Shown: in pieces, positions 40,082 through 53,429 of the stretch
How the letters are laid out: the number at the start of each line of letters is the position of its first letter
Position numbering within the stretch: the first letter of the stretch is position 1
NCBI GenBank assembly: GCA_964016885.1
Contig: OZ024741.1
Coordinates: 283,774,001 to 283,838,000, forward strand
Direction of reading: 5' to 3'
From: Eledone cirrhosa
Taxonomy: Eukaryota
DNA length: 64,000 bases
Notes under the pieces: model-generated
Database searches by the model: none
What the model was told of the DNA's origin: nothing
What the model saw: only the letters and a program-made list of their open reading frames with translations
Program-made: the position numbers and the translations under genes

Positions 40082-42881
40082 CGGCGCTGCCCTTGGTGGA
40101 AGTCTTCATGAGGGGGAAGCCACATCGAGCCCTCGTGGATATGGGCTGTACGACGACACTGGTGACCGCGGGGGTGGCGCAGAGGTGGGGAGGGAAAAGC
40201 AGCGTAAGGGCAGTCGATGGCAGGAAAATTGAAGGCCGAGGTCGCAGCGAGATGGAAATAGCGGTACGGGGAAGGAGGATAAGGCTTTCCGCCATCGTGG
40301 TAGACAGTGTGGTGGATGGGATCGGCGTGGTTATGGGCATGGACGCGATTGGCCGTCTAGGGGGCCTCACGGTGAACAATGTCGGTGTGTCGTTTGGCGC
40401 TGCTGCATCGGTATGTGCTGTGAGTGCACGTCATGAGAACCAGAAGGCCCACGAGGAGGAATACCCCACTTACACTGTACAGGACAAAGACTTCAAGGCC
40501 GTGTTTGATGGGCAGCGATGGATTGTTGAGTGGTACTGGAAGGTAGAACCACCAATGCTGAAGACCAAAGTGGGCTGCTACCAACACACATTGAAGGGAA
40601 ACGCTAGGAGCGAGTTCGAGCGAGAAGTAGAGAGATGGATCAAAGAGGGCATACTGCTTCCCTGGAAGGAGGAGGTGAAGTGCGGAGTATTGCCGTTGAT
40701 GGCAGTGGTGCAACCCTCGAAGAGCAAGGTGAGGCCGGTGCTGGACTATCGGGAGCTGAACGAGCATGTGTCATGCCACACGGGTGGCGAGGTCACGGAT
40801 GTCTGTGGGGAAATCCTGCGTGAGCGATCGTGGATCTAAAGTCGGCTTACTTGCAGTTGCATATAGATGAGAAGCTCTGGCGGTATCAGCTGGTCAGGTA
40901 TAAGGGCCGGACATATTGCCTGACCAGGCTCGGTTTCGGGCTGAGCTCCGCACCGAAGATCATGGCGGCGGTCCTCAAGACCGCTCTGGGGAGGGCCAAC
41001 AAGATAAAGAGGGCTACTAACTCCTATATTGACGACATCCTAGTGGACGAGTCGGTGGTGTCGACGGCGGAGGTCACGAGCCATTTGCGGAGGTATGGAC
41101 TGACTGCGAAGCCATCAGAAGCATTGGAGGGAGGAGCTACGCTGGGACTTAGGCTACGGCGAGACAAGACGGGCGTTTTGGTTTTCCAGAGGGGAAACGA
41201 AGTTCCGGAACTGGGCCCAAGTATGAATAGGCGGGAGCTTTTCTCGGTGTGTGGAAAGCTGGTGGGTCACTACCCGATCGCTGGGTGGCTCCGGACGGCA
41301 TGCAGCTATGTCAAGAGACGAGCGGGAGGGGTGACTTGGAGTGACAGAGTGGGAGAGAGGACGGTGGCCATGATGCAGGAGATCGTGGGGAGGGTGAAGG
41401 CCGACGACCCAGTGCGGGGACGCTGGTACGTTCCCAAATCACAGAGCGGGACCGTATGGTGCGATGCCAGCAGCATAGAGCTGGGTGTCACGTTGGAGAT
41501 AGGAGGTGTTGAGGTCGAGGATGCAGCCTGGCTTAGAAAGAAGGACGACTGCAGCCACATCAATGTGGCCGAGCTGGACGCGGTGTTGAGAGGGGTGAAC
41601 CTCGCCCTGCGGTGGGGGCTGCGCACCATCGAGATACGCACCGACTCAGCTACTGTACTCGGATGGGTAAGATCAGTGCTCACAAGTGAGAAGAGAGTGC
41701 GAACGAGAGGCGCGGCGGAGATGCTGATAAAGCGCCGCCTGGGAACGTTAGGAGAGCTGGCCACCGAGTTCGACCTGAAGCTGAGCGTAGTGTTCGTGCC
41801 CTCAGAGAAAAATAGGGCGGACATCTTAACTAGAGTGAAGAAAGCCTGGATGGAAGCGCTGGAGGAGGTAGAGGATGAGATAGCTGCTGTGTGTTGGCTG
41901 ACCGAGTTAGACCTGAAGGGGTTGCATGATATGCACCACATGGGGGTGGATAGGAGCCTGTTCCTAGCCAGGAGAATCGACTCGGACGTTAGCAGACACA
42001 GTGTTCGGGGGGTGGTTAGAGGCTGCGTCCGATGTCAGTCCATTGATCCCGCCCCGGGTGTACACGAAACGGGAAGCCTCCCGGTGGATCGCGACTGGAA
42101 GCGATTAGCGGTGGATGTGACGCACTACCGGCAGGGAACGTACCTCTCGATGGTCGACTGTGGACCAGGTCGAATGGCGATATGGAGGGAGATGAAGACT
42201 GGAACGGCCGAGGAAATCGTGCGGACGTTGAGAAAGGTGTTCTTGGAGTGGGGCCCTGTGGACGAACTGCTGATGGACAACAGCGCAGCGTTCCGCTCGG
42301 AGGCACTGAGGGAGATGCTCGATGGATGGAAGGTGGACCGTTTCTTCAGAGCGGCGCACAGGCCGAGCGGGAATGGAATCGTGGAGCGACACCACCGGAC
42401 GATCAAGGCAATGGCGGAGCGGGGCCATATCTCACCAATGGAGGCAGTGTTCTGGTACAATATGTCCCCTCAGGTTGGACAGGTCGAGGAATCGGTGCCA
42501 CATAGAGCAGTATTCAAATACGAGTGGCGGCACCCATGCACGCCACCACAACGGCCAGTGGGGAGAGAGAGTGCATTCGTGCAGGTGGGCGAAGAAGTCT
42601 GGGTTAAGCCCCCAGATGCACGTTGCACATCTCAATGGGGAAGGGGAATGGTGACGGCCGTAAATTCAAAGAACAATGTGTCCGTGGACGGGGTACCACG
42701 CCATGTCCTGGATGTAAGAAGAATCACTGTGTCGACGGACTCCGAGGAAGAGGAAACCCAAGATGAAGTGGAAACCCAGAGCTCTGCCCCAATATTACGA
42801 AGATCACAACGAAGTCGTAGACCACCGACCTGGACGGCAGACTTTCATATGCAGAGGGACGAGGGGGAAATTGATCCTTGA
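40036..42881 (+). pseudogene. pol: Pol (protease, RT, RNase H, integrase), broken by a deletion/frameshift near 40825
   Basis: ALVDMGC protease, LDYRELN, DLKSAY, YIDD, WCDAS, HHCC and DDE integrase (VDVT/MDNS/IVERHH). Confidence 0.92.
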
Positions 42882-43842
42882 GATCAGGGGGGCCTGTGGG
42901 TATGGTGTGGCGTGCGGTGGCCGGAGGTGGGGGAGTGCTCGACCGGAAGGGTGTGTGGCATGCGGTGGCCGGAGGCGGGGGAGTGCTCGACCGGAAGGGG
43001 TTTTTGGCCGGAAGGATGCTCGACCAGAAGGGCCAGCAGAGGGCCTCTCTCTAGTGGTGACCAGCACATGGTGTGGACGCGAGTTTTGGGCAGCTCCCGG
43101 TGTTAAGCAGTCGGACGCACGTGGAAGAGGAGTACCTGCAGTGGAATTTAGCGGCGCCTGTGAAAAGCGGTAAGTGAGATAGCTTTTTCTAACTACACCT
43201 TGTACAAGTGTCTTTATCAAAGTCCTTAGAGTTTAGACCAAATGCCTTAAGGTATCTATTCTAGTTCTTTAAGCACTGAATTAAAACCCCATCAAAGTCA
43301 GCTTTCCCTTTCATCTTTTCATTTTTTCAGATTAATGAAAATAAATGTTGGAAATATAGGACATCCAACCATAGAAAACCTGCCAAACAAAGGGTTGGGA
43401 GAACTCTTCAGCTAACCTCCCTAGTATTTGTGATATGCATAATAAATGCACCTAGTACACTTTGTAATGTGGTTGGTGATAGGAAGTCAGGAGGATTCTT
43501 CAGCTGTATCAAAGTCATAACATCTCTAGAACAGGTACCATGATAAAATGCAATTGGTAGAGAGCAGGAATATATGTAAATGAGATGTGAGCCTCCAGCC
43601 AGTTCAAGCATTTGGTAGAGTACAGGGGTGTATGTAAGTGTCATGCAGGCACCTATCCCATCTGAAGGATCAGTAGCTTCTCTTGAATATTAACATATTC
43701 TGCAACAACCTGTCCAACCCTTGCCAGAATCGAAAATAAACATTAAGTGATGATGATGCTCTACTAAAAGAATAAAATAAAAACAACACTGCTTATTAAA
43801 TCAGAAGATCAAATAATTATTTTAATATAAATAGTAACTTAC

Positions 43843-43924
43843 CATCTGAATTTGTTAAACAGTACATTTTGTTTAAAGATAAGTAATTGATACTCCATTT
43901 CTGTTGAGGACGAGATATGTTTAA
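43843..43924 (-). CDS. Host gene exon (second half of PLAT repeat 2)
   Basis: ttgcAG / GTAAGT, phase 0-1, LNISRPQQKWSINYLSLNKMYCLTNSD. Confidence 0.8.
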
Positions 43925-44667
43925 CTGCAAAGAGAAATATGGATTTTTTTTTTTAAAGAGGCACTGCAGTTGATTATATCAGTTCTAGTTTAGGCTGGAC
44001 ACTGGGTCTTGGATAGCCAAGTTGGGCCTCTTAGTAATATATGTAAAAATATCATATCAATAAGTCATAAGATTATAAAAACAAGTATTTTTTTTTACCA
44101 AATCAATTCATGCATAAGTGTGTATGTAGGTTTGTGTGTGAGTGTGAGAGAGAGAGAGAGTGAGGGACAGCACAGAAGCACATTACAATACAATTATGAT
44201 GGATATATGTTTAAAACTTGATGTAATAGGAAAAAAGTCTTAATGTTTAAAACATTATTCCATTGGAAAATAGAGCGAATAGAATGAGGGAGTAAAAAGA
44301 AATAGTAAGATAGATGAGATTAAGAAAAGAAAGATAAAAGGGAGCCCATGATAGTGGAAAGGTAGGGAACCTCAGCTTTGTTTGTTAATGTGTTTGTTTC
44401 ATCAATGGAATAGCCTGTTCATGGAATCAACATGCAAGTGGCTGAACATTCCATAGACATGTGTACCTTTAATGTAGTTCTCAGGGTGATTTATTTTGTG
44501 TGACACAAATTGGACATTTGAATTACAAGTACAACTAATGTTTTCCAGCTGAGAGGCCTCAAGAATACAAAGTACCACCAGAAATTGAAATCACAACCTT
44601 ATGACCATGAGCTGGACACCATACCCACAAACCTATATACATTCACAATAAAAAAAAATATACTTAC

Positions 44668-44906
44668 CTTGACTAGATCCCACTGCAAATCTAATGGAAC
44701 TTTGGATATTTTGATACAGCTGAAGGGACCACACCTGTGTACTGACACATTAAAGACATCTGTAGCATTGGGCATGAAGTCATCATGTGATGTGTCCAGA
44801 GTAACATTTGTATCACAATAGGTGCCATATATTCTTATAAACACACCATCGTTGGTTCCATAGTTACCAGTCACTGTCGTAATGCTTATATTTTCTCTCC
44901 CATATG
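44668..44906 (-). CDS. Host gene exon: best-conserved PLAT/LH2 domain
   Basis: ttctAG / GTAAGT, phase 1-0; TVTGNYGTNDGVFIRIYG..DDFMPNATDVF..G..CIKI..W matches the PLAT pattern. Confidence 0.85.
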
Positions 44907-44945
44907 CTAGAAATGACCATAATAAAACATGATGTATCTCTGTGA

Positions 44946-44988
<43 letters not shown>

Positions 44989-45035
44989 TATATATATATA
45001 TGTCATACATACATACATATATATACATATATATA

Positions 45036-45360
45036 ATAGAAATAGAAGCTTTCACCGTGTTTTTGACTTAAGAAATTTGAGCCTGATAGTGGGGTTTAGA
45101 ACCCTCTAAGAAATGGAAAAAATGTGTATTTACGTACATGGGAGTCGAACCCACATGTGTTGGTGTAATGGTAGCACAGTAGTCTGGATAACCAGAGATG
45201 TGGGTTCGACTCCCATGTACGTCAATACTCATCCTTTTCCATTTCTTAGAGGATTCTAAACTCCACTATCAGTATCAAATTTCTTTAGTCAAAAATACGA
45301 CGAAAACTACTATTTCTATTTTCAAACTCGCTTGGTGTTTCAAAACAAAGTTGCTTGTAT
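45036..45360 (+). mobile_element. Fold-back element with tRNA-like (A-box/B-box) head
   Basis: Arms 45036-45156 and 45198-45319; TGGTGTAATGG at 45161, GGTTCGACTCC at 45203; tail 45320-45360. Confidence 0.7.
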
Positions 45361-45361
45361 A

Positions 45362-45395
<34 letters not shown>

Positions 45396-45895
45396 GTTTA
45401 ACGTCCATATTCCACGCTTGCATGGGTTTGGACGGGAGTTTTCCTACTTGAGGCAATATTGGTTGTCTTGCTCATATAGGACTGTCTGGTGGGTTTTCTA
45501 CAGTTGGATGCCCTTCCTAACACCAACCACGTTTACAGTGTGGACTGGGAGGTTTTTAGCGTGTTACCTACACGGCCACATTACAGCGTGGACTGTGTGT
45601 TTTTTTTTGTCGTGACACCTACACAACCTCATTTGTTTCGGCCTGGATGTTGTGGTACCAACATAACTTCACATTGAAGGGGGTGATGTGGATGGGGTGG
45701 GGGTAGTGGGACAGGGTGTATTTTTGTTAAGGTGCCTACTGACTGTAGGTTTCGCTTTGTACTTAGGCAAGGTGGGTCTTCTGTATTACTGTGTAGCGCC
45801 AAAGATCTCGGTCCAGTGACATTGTCTTGGAGAGGTGTAAGTGTGTGAGGTCCGAATTTATCAAATCGTCCCAGGTTTTTCTGGGTCTACCTACT
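45362..45895 (-). mobile_element. RTE LINE 3' fragment
   Basis: (CAT)n tail and 3' UTR motif ggatgcccttcctaac shared with the 46210 copy. Confidence 0.65.
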
Positions 45896-45924
45896 CTGTA
45901 TATATATATATATATACATATATA

Positions 45925-48892
45925 TAATGAAGGAAATATGGTAAGTAATCAGGTGGACTATAACACACCAGAGTACTTGATACTACGGGTAGTAGAGTGG
46001 GTAATAGGAAAAGAGTCAGGATCCTGAAGGCTGAGCTCCGGCCATTTCGACAGCTAGATCCAAACTAAACCAGTAGTGTTAGGACGGTAGTGATCTTGCT
46101 GAACTTATCAAGGGGTACAGTCCATATATGGGCATGTAATCAAAACATAACAGTAGTATCATATCAAACAATCCTAAAAATTGCTGTTTTTCATTTCTGT
46201 CATGGGGAGTCATCATCATCATCATCACCATTTTACGTCCGTTCTTCCACGCTAGTATGGGTTAGACGGGTTGTCCTGTTGTGGGCAGTGTCTGGTCGGC
46301 TGACCATGCCTTGCTCATACAGGAACTGATTTGGCTTGATTTCTACAGCTGGATGCCCTTCCTAACACCAACCTCATTTACAGTGAGTGCTGGGTGCTTT
46401 TTCGTGGTGCCTACACGTCCACTTTACAGTGAGTGCTGGGTGCTTTTTTGCCGTGGCACCTCCACGACCACCTTGCAGTGGGAGGGTGTGGGGGCATATT
46501 GTCTATATGCTTCAGCTTGTACCCATGGGAGGTCGGGTACTCTGTATTACTGCGTGACGCCAGAGGTCACGATCTTGTGTCATCGCCTTTGAGAGGTGTA
46601 ATTGGGTAAGGTCGGCTTTTATCACCTCATCCCAGGTCATCTTGGGTCTCCCCACTCCGCGGTTTCCATCGACTTCTAGTGCTCTGCACCTTTTTATGCA
46701 GCTGTCATCCTTCACACGCATCACATGTCCATACCAACGCAACCGCCTCTCCTGCACACAGCATTTGATTCCTCTTATGCTCAGTCTCTCTCTCAATTCA
46801 TTTATGCTTTGTCGTTCGTGTATATTACTAAAAGATTTTGGGATGTCTTATACATAGTTAAATTCCTTCATATCGACAGGTGGGAATGGGGGTGGCTGAA
46901 CTTGCCTGCAGAACAAAGGGGGGGGGGGGGTAAGATGACATTCTGACCTGTGGATGCCAGGCCAGTCATGTGTTAAGAGAGAATTCTTTACAGCTATCTC
47001 TAAAGGGGGTAAGAACCTATGAGAAACAAGGAATATTGTAGAGTGAATATGAGTATGCCAGGTCTGACATTGGCTAAAGAGCAAAGCAAATATAATTTAA
47101 TACTAATTAAATTCCTAATTAATAAAATTTAGTTATTAGTTACTCTAATGCACTAGAACGGCACCTCAATGTAGTAAATTATCAATAATATCTTCCATAA
47201 TGATAACCCCCCCCCCCCCCCCCCAAACCATGGCTATGTGCTTGGCCAGTGCTAAGTATATTTAACAGGAGTGAAAATACTTGGATTAATCTGAGGTAGA
47301 ATAGAAACTGAATATAATAGTGTAGAAATGCAAAGATCCATCTAAGTGTAATTAGAGTGTGTAACTAATGAAGAAAAAAGAAAAGAAGAGAAGAAAAAAA
47401 GAAAACATTTCTACTTCTACCTAAGTATGCTTGGGGTTTCCTCTATCTTAGTTTGTAAATAGGAAAAAGAAACAGCCAAAGTCTACCCTCCCGGGTTGTG
47501 AAGGGGTTTGAAGGTAAGATATGTCCTATGTATTCTGTGTTTACATGAGGTAACAAGTTCATCCTTTTTGTTTAAGAGTTGGTCCTTTGCAAATAGCATC
47601 TGGATTATTTCCTCCGAGCATAAATTATATGGACGGCGTCCTCCCGAGTAAGATTTTGCCTTGGAAAGTATGCTCCAACTTAGATGGTAGGTAATATTGT
47701 TGTCTTGGAGGTCCCAATTATGAGCTGGTGTGTGTCGCCAGGCCAGGTTTCTAAATGTATGTTGGTGTTGGTAATACTGGGTCTTAAAATTGCAGGCAGT
47801 TAATCCAATGTAGGCCTTGTTGGAGTTTTCTGTCCTCAAGTTGCACTGGTAGACCACATTTTGTTCTCGGCATCTATTGTTGAGGGGGCATGATGATCTA
47901 TCTGGACAGTTATACCTCCTAGTTTGCTCGCCACTAATATCATTGTTGTTTCTTCTGTTAGAGAGGAATTTTTTGTTGTTAGATGAAGCCATGTTTTGTG
48001 CAAAGTTGGGTGTCATGCTGTAGGAAAGTTTAACAGTGTTTCTGTTGATGATATTGTGGTAGCGGTGTTGGGGTGGGAAGTGTTTATCGAGAAGTCTAAA
48101 AAAGATCTTCCCAATAGTTGGGCAGGATTGAATCACATTACATGGCGTGAGCGGTGGCGTTGCCTGCTGGATTCGCTAGAACGGATCTTGAGGACCCGGT
48201 TGTAATATGGCGCGTGTTCGTTGAACATCTTCTCCTTTGCAGACAAGCGAGATATACGGAGGGAGATGTTTTTAACTAAGTTGTTGGTAATGTTCCTAGG
48301 ATGGTTAGAACTGCGGTGTATCATAATGTATTGATAATTTACTACATTGAGGTGCCGTTCTAGTGCTTTAGAGTAACTAATAACTAAATTTTATTAATTA
48401 GGAATTTAATTAGTATTAAATTATATTTGCTTTGCTCTTTAGCCAATGTCAGACCTGGCATACTCATATTCACTCTACAATATTCCTTGTTTCTCATAGG
48501 TTCTTAACCCCTTTAGAGAAAGCTGTAAAGAATTCTCTCTTAATGCATGACCGGATTGGCATCCACAGGTCAGAATGTCATCTTACTCCCCCCTCCCCTT
48601 GTTCTACAGGCAAGTTCAGCCACCCCCATCCCCACCTGCCGATATGAAGGAATTTAACTATATATAAGACATCCAAAAATCTTTTACCACTCCCCATGAC
48701 AGAAATGAAAAACAGCAATTTTTAGGATTGTTTGATATGATACAACTGCTGTTTTGATTACATGCCCATATATGGACTGTACCCCTTGATAAGTTCAGCA
48801 AGATCACAACCGTCCTAACACTACTGGTTTAGTTTGGATCTAGCTGTCAAAAGGGCCGGAGCTCAGCCTTCGGGGTCCTGACTCTTTTCCTA
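45925..48892 (-). mobile_element. 5'-truncated Naiad-type PLE with inverted pLTR
   Basis: Arms 46005-47187 and 48329-48892; coding remnant 47483-48324 (SSNHP, CPDRSSCPLNNRC, VVY..YIG, NLCSEE); tail 45925-46004; (TA)n flanks. Confidence 0.88.
46210..46828 (-). mobile_element. RTE 3' fragment nested in one pLTR arm
   Basis: RERLSIRGI..RRLRWYGHV..GRPKMTW; absent from the mirror arm. Confidence 0.85.
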
Positions 48893-49459
48893 CATATATA
48901 TATATATAAAAGTGGTTACACAACAGTTATTATTCTAGTTAATATTCAGCCATGTAACTGACTGACCTATCTGCTGATATGCAAATTTGACTCATCAGTG
49001 GGTTTGCTAATATGCAGATCTGATTGATCAGGCAGTCCGCTAATATGCAAAGCAGGCCGATCAGTCACTGTATATTTTAGAAAATATCATATATTTCCAC
49101 TAGCTCTGACAGTTGGCAGGTAAACAGTATACTGTACTGATGAAGGGTAATCACCCAGAAACATTAGTGTCTGCAGTTCTGTTTACATGCCAACACAAGA
49201 GCAAGAATGACAGGGCCATTCTACTGACATGGCTTAAAGAGTCTGTTTGATTATTGCAAACGAATCGAATATTATTATTAATATTACGGGGTCGATAAAA
49301 TAAAGTACCAGTAATGCACTGGAGTAATTGCTGGCCTTGTGCCAAAAGTAGAAACAATTATTAATATTCAAAAAACTCAGATTACATTTATTGTATTCAG
49401 TCATATTGAGCGATAAACTATTTGTTAGTTATTTGAATATGGCATAATATTTTCCACCT

Positions 49460-52400
49460 CAATTTGAAGTTCCGGTTCTCGTCCATGAGCCTCCACACGC
49501 ACTCAACTAGACTAGTGTGGGAGCTCTTGCTTCTGTCTAAAGGAGCACATGTGGTTGTGGAAGCTGGATTAGAACTCGGTACTTGTGGAAGCCACATTCA
49601 CAGATTCCTCTCTATCAGTGGAGACCATACAGCTGTAGACCACTCCCAAGACTCTGCAGTGACTGTTGAGGGTGAAGTCATGGGGGATCTGCAGTTACAG
49701 TTCATAAGAGATCTTCCAGGGGTGCCATATGGTATGGTGTTCGATGCGAGAGAAGGGATATTGCACTGGGGGTTCTGATCATTTACGACAGATGGAACGG
49801 TGGCCATACCTCCCTTGGGGAGTTCCAGTACAGTCATTATGAAGCTTTTTACGGTTGATGGAGGCAAGGTTGGGCATGGAGAACTTCACCATGTGCCGGT
49901 TGAATAGTCTATGGTATCTATGTTAGGGTGGAAATATATATATAAAACTGAGGTTGTCTGTCTGTCTATCGATTTTTGGCACACATCTCCTCTTAGAATC
50001 TCTCACGGAATTGCACCGAAATTGCTATACTTGTACATTGAGCCCTAGCGAAGACATCGGAAAAAAAATATTTCAAATTGACCCGCCCTATCTGACGAAA
50101 TCGAATATAATGTATCGATTTTTGAACGTAAGTGATCAGTTATTTCCCTTTGTTCTGTTTACATTCAGCGTAGCGTCTTACGTTCTCTTTACATTTTCTG
50201 CGTGCAAAAATAAAAAAAATGATTTCCCTTTGTTCTGTTTACATTCAGCGTAGCGTCTTACGTTCTGTTTACATTTTCTGCGTGCAAAAATTAAAAAAAT
50301 TACGCTGGCAAAAATTAAAAAAATTACGCTGGCTTTCTCAGCGTTTAAAATGACATTAACACAATACACGAACAGTTGTCGAGCCAGCAAAATTTTGACC
50401 TGCAAAATTCATCAGTTCGAACACTAAGCTTCCGTTTTGCTTCATTTCCATTTAAAAGCCTTTTAAAACAATATTTTTACTTGAAAACAAGTCTATTTAA
50501 AGACTACGTAAAACAAGCAAATATTTCGTAAAAAAAAGCAAAAATTATATAAGTTTATTTAAAATATATGTATCTGTAAATTTCGTTAGGCGTGCAGACA
50601 GACAGTCGTGCAGACAGACAGTTGTGCAGAGAGGTGATATACGCGTGCAGACAGACAGTCCTGCAGAGAGGTGATATACGCGTGCAGACAGATAGTCGTG
50701 CAGAGAGGTGATATAGGCGTGCAGACAGACAGTCATGCAGAGAGGTGATATAGGCGTGCAGACAGACAGTCATGCAGAGAGGTGATATAGGCGATTATTT
50801 CCCTTTTATGGAATGAGCAGACGATTAGCGAATGTGCAGACGATTAAGTAAATCTTTAGTAGAGTGAATTGGAATCTCCAGTTTGTTTAATAGCTTCATT
50901 TGCACTGTATTGCCTTTGTATGCTACAACGCTTTAAAAGTTCGGCGAGTTCATTACTTCGTAAGTTATTGATATTTATTTTTTTATTACGACGGTTAGCA
51001 AACTTTCCCTATTAAACGTTTAAATTAATTTTACGGTCTTATAAGGCTGAATTTACTTTAATTCGGGTTATCGTTATGTTTTCTTAACTTCATAAGGCAT
51101 ATTGTTGGTTGAGGGAATATTAATCAAAAACACCACATGCAAGTCTGCACAGTAGACACTACAGTTTTTAAGCCAAAAAGAAACTTAACATTGTAACTTT
51201 AACACAGCTACTGAGCGACCCCGAGCAACGCCGGGCTTTACTTGTCCAGGGCTCGGAAGAAGAGGACCAGTATGTTTGTTGTAAGGTTCCTGGAGTAGGG
51301 AGCATTATGCCACGTCAGATTTCTGCTGCAAAATGTGCAACGATTACGTTGATTCCAGGACCCAAGTTGGTATGAGCGTGTCTCCTCATGGTGCAGGCGA
51401 GTCCCCAGGTGGTGCACCGTTTGCACGCCGATGCACTGTGGGGCTGGGTTAGGGGTTTAGGTCCATAGGGAGTGGCCATTCACACCCACGCCCATCGTGG
51501 GAAATGTGGCCATGAGAACATGGCACAGCGCAATAGGAAGAGTCCGAGGATGATTAGAGCTGCTGTACATACCATCAGGACCAGGCCATAGTGATCGAGA
51601 GGGGCCCCGCACATATCCCCCATCAAGCGGCTCACCCTCGGAAAGCCCCTGCCGTTGTCCATCTGTAGCAACCCTGAAAGCATTAGGGCTGAGGCGGGGA
51701 TGAGGGGCACAGTTGTCAGCATGCCAGTGCTGCATCGCTCCCATTACAGGCCTGTGGTCAGGGGTGCTGCTAGGGTGGAGAGATTGAGAATTGCCTTGCC
51801 AGTGAGAAAGCAGGGAAGCAGTTAAAGAACCATGACCCATGAACCCTGTGCCCACTCCGGTAGTAATCGTGCGGCTACCAGGGGCCACTAAAAGAAAGCC
51901 AAGCCTGGAGTTGCACTCACGTTCACCGTCCTTATCAAGATACATGATCCAATCAGTGCCCTGCTCTGGCCGGGGCCTCATTGTATCGTACAACATGTTG
52001 CTCAAAGCTACGGGGGTTAGCAGAGAGAGCAGAAATTCTACCAGATACACCTTTGACTATGGACCTAAGGATCGATTTTGGATGGTTCAATTAGGGGTAA
52101 ACATACCTCAGTCACTCATTGGATTTGTTATAGGGCCTATACAGTCCCATGTCAAGTTCCAGGGTCATGAGCAGAAAATCCCCAGTCCTCAAACCAGGTC
52201 TATGGTAAGTCCCAGTCCATAGTTCTGGACAAACCACCTAAACCGCCTAAACTGTTTTCTAAGCTGCTCCATGTGAAAAGAGTGTCATCATATGTTATGA
52301 AGCAGGAAGATCCTGACAAGGTCAGTTATTTGCACAGAGTCACTAGGCCCCATCGTTATGTCGAAGCGGTCAGGTCTGTCCTTTCTTTCCCAGAGATGGC

Positions 52401-52830
52401 TGTCAAACTCTATGAGCGTTTTACGTGTGAGTGTAATGAGATCTATTTTCCTCCCAGTAAGGCTGGACTCCTGAAGGGCAAGGTTGAGGGCCTGGTTCAT
52501 AAACACCGGGGAAATAGAGGCATAGTAGTTGGATATGTCAAACAGCATGAAGCTCATCTCCCGCGTATCACTCATATTATTGAACCAGATGATCATGTCA
52601 ATAGTACAAGACCAAAGGTTGATGCTGATTTTGCTTTTCAACTCTGGGATAATTCTGTGCAGAATGTACTTACTGGCTCTACCTAAGTCTGATCTAGAGG
52701 GGGATATTATCTTAACGGGGAGTTGGGAGGTGAAGCCAGGTTTATGGTCTTTAATTAGTAAATGGGGGTTCCTCGGTCTATAAGGCTCTGTCCTGTCATC
52801 TATACCTAGCTCAGTCATGATAACCCCCGT
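49460..52830 (-). mobile_element. Decayed Naiad-type PLE split by a Helitron
   Basis: RT (FDISNYYASIS, FDITMG..ITDLV), NHPKSIL, TWHNAPY..FFRALDK at ~51240; resumes at ~49930 with FPP*HRYHRLFNRH and CNCRSP..VVY. Confidence 0.8.
49935..51238 (+). mobile_element. Non-autonomous Helitron with internal tandem repeats
   Basis: 5' TATATATAAAA..gtctgtctgtc; 3' CCCGAGCAACGCCGGGC hairpin identical to that at 26635; internal minisatellite 50590-50791. Confidence 0.65.
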
Positions 52831-53211
52831 GTGATATATAATATCACATGGCTTCTATGTGCAGCGCTTGCTAATGTATCTACTGTGCATAGGACATGGC
52901 ATTGAAACTGCAATTTAATGTATATTGTCCATACTGAATTACAGATTCGTTTTAATAACATGCAATTTTTGTAAATTCCTTGAGTGAGTGGATTGCAATG
53001 AAGCTACACAAAATCTAAACGTCTACCTTGTTATGATTAATGTATATATATATATGTGCGTGTTATTAATGGAGGTTGAGAATATTTTACATCCATCTGA
53101 AAGAGTTAGGTGCATGATTATCTATGAAACCATTGGTAATGCACAAATAAGTCAAACTGCTAATATATAGATACGGGTGTGAAATATGTGTGTGAAATAT
53201 AATCTACTTAC

Positions 53212-53299
53212 ATCTAGAATGTCCAAAGTATATTTGATCTGTGAGTATTTCTGAATGCACAAATTTACTTTCAAAACAACACCCATAATTTAAAATAAT
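53212..53299 (-). CDS. Host gene exon (second half of PLAT-like repeat 1)
   Basis: tttcAG / GTAAGT, phase 0-1, IILNYGCCFESKFVHSEILTDQIYFGHSR. Confidence 0.72.
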
Positions 53300-53429
53300 C
53301 TGAAATATTCAAACAATCTTCATTTAGTTAATTTTACTTCAAAAGATGTGTGATGTTAATGTGTAGAAACAGTGAAGTATAGATGCAAAAACTAGGTAAT
53401 TCTCCATAGAAGCAGTTAATAGCCTCTGT

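Larger units (their letters stand above)
38948..43197 (+). mobile_element. Full-length Ty3/Gypsy LTR retrotransposon (defective)
   Basis: 303-bp TG..CA LTRs at 38948-39250 and 42895-43197 (8 differences); CCTTG TSD; polypurine tract before the 3' LTR; order gag-PR-RT-RH-IN. Confidence 0.96.

Noticed and set aside
45157-45222. Functional tRNA gene
   Set aside because: 4-nt anticodon loop and poor acceptor stem; treated as tRNA-derived.
52942-53002. Possible extra host exon (LHCNPL.. or KLHVIKT frame)
   Set aside because: No phase 1-1 solution between the 53212 and 44906 exons; weak donor.
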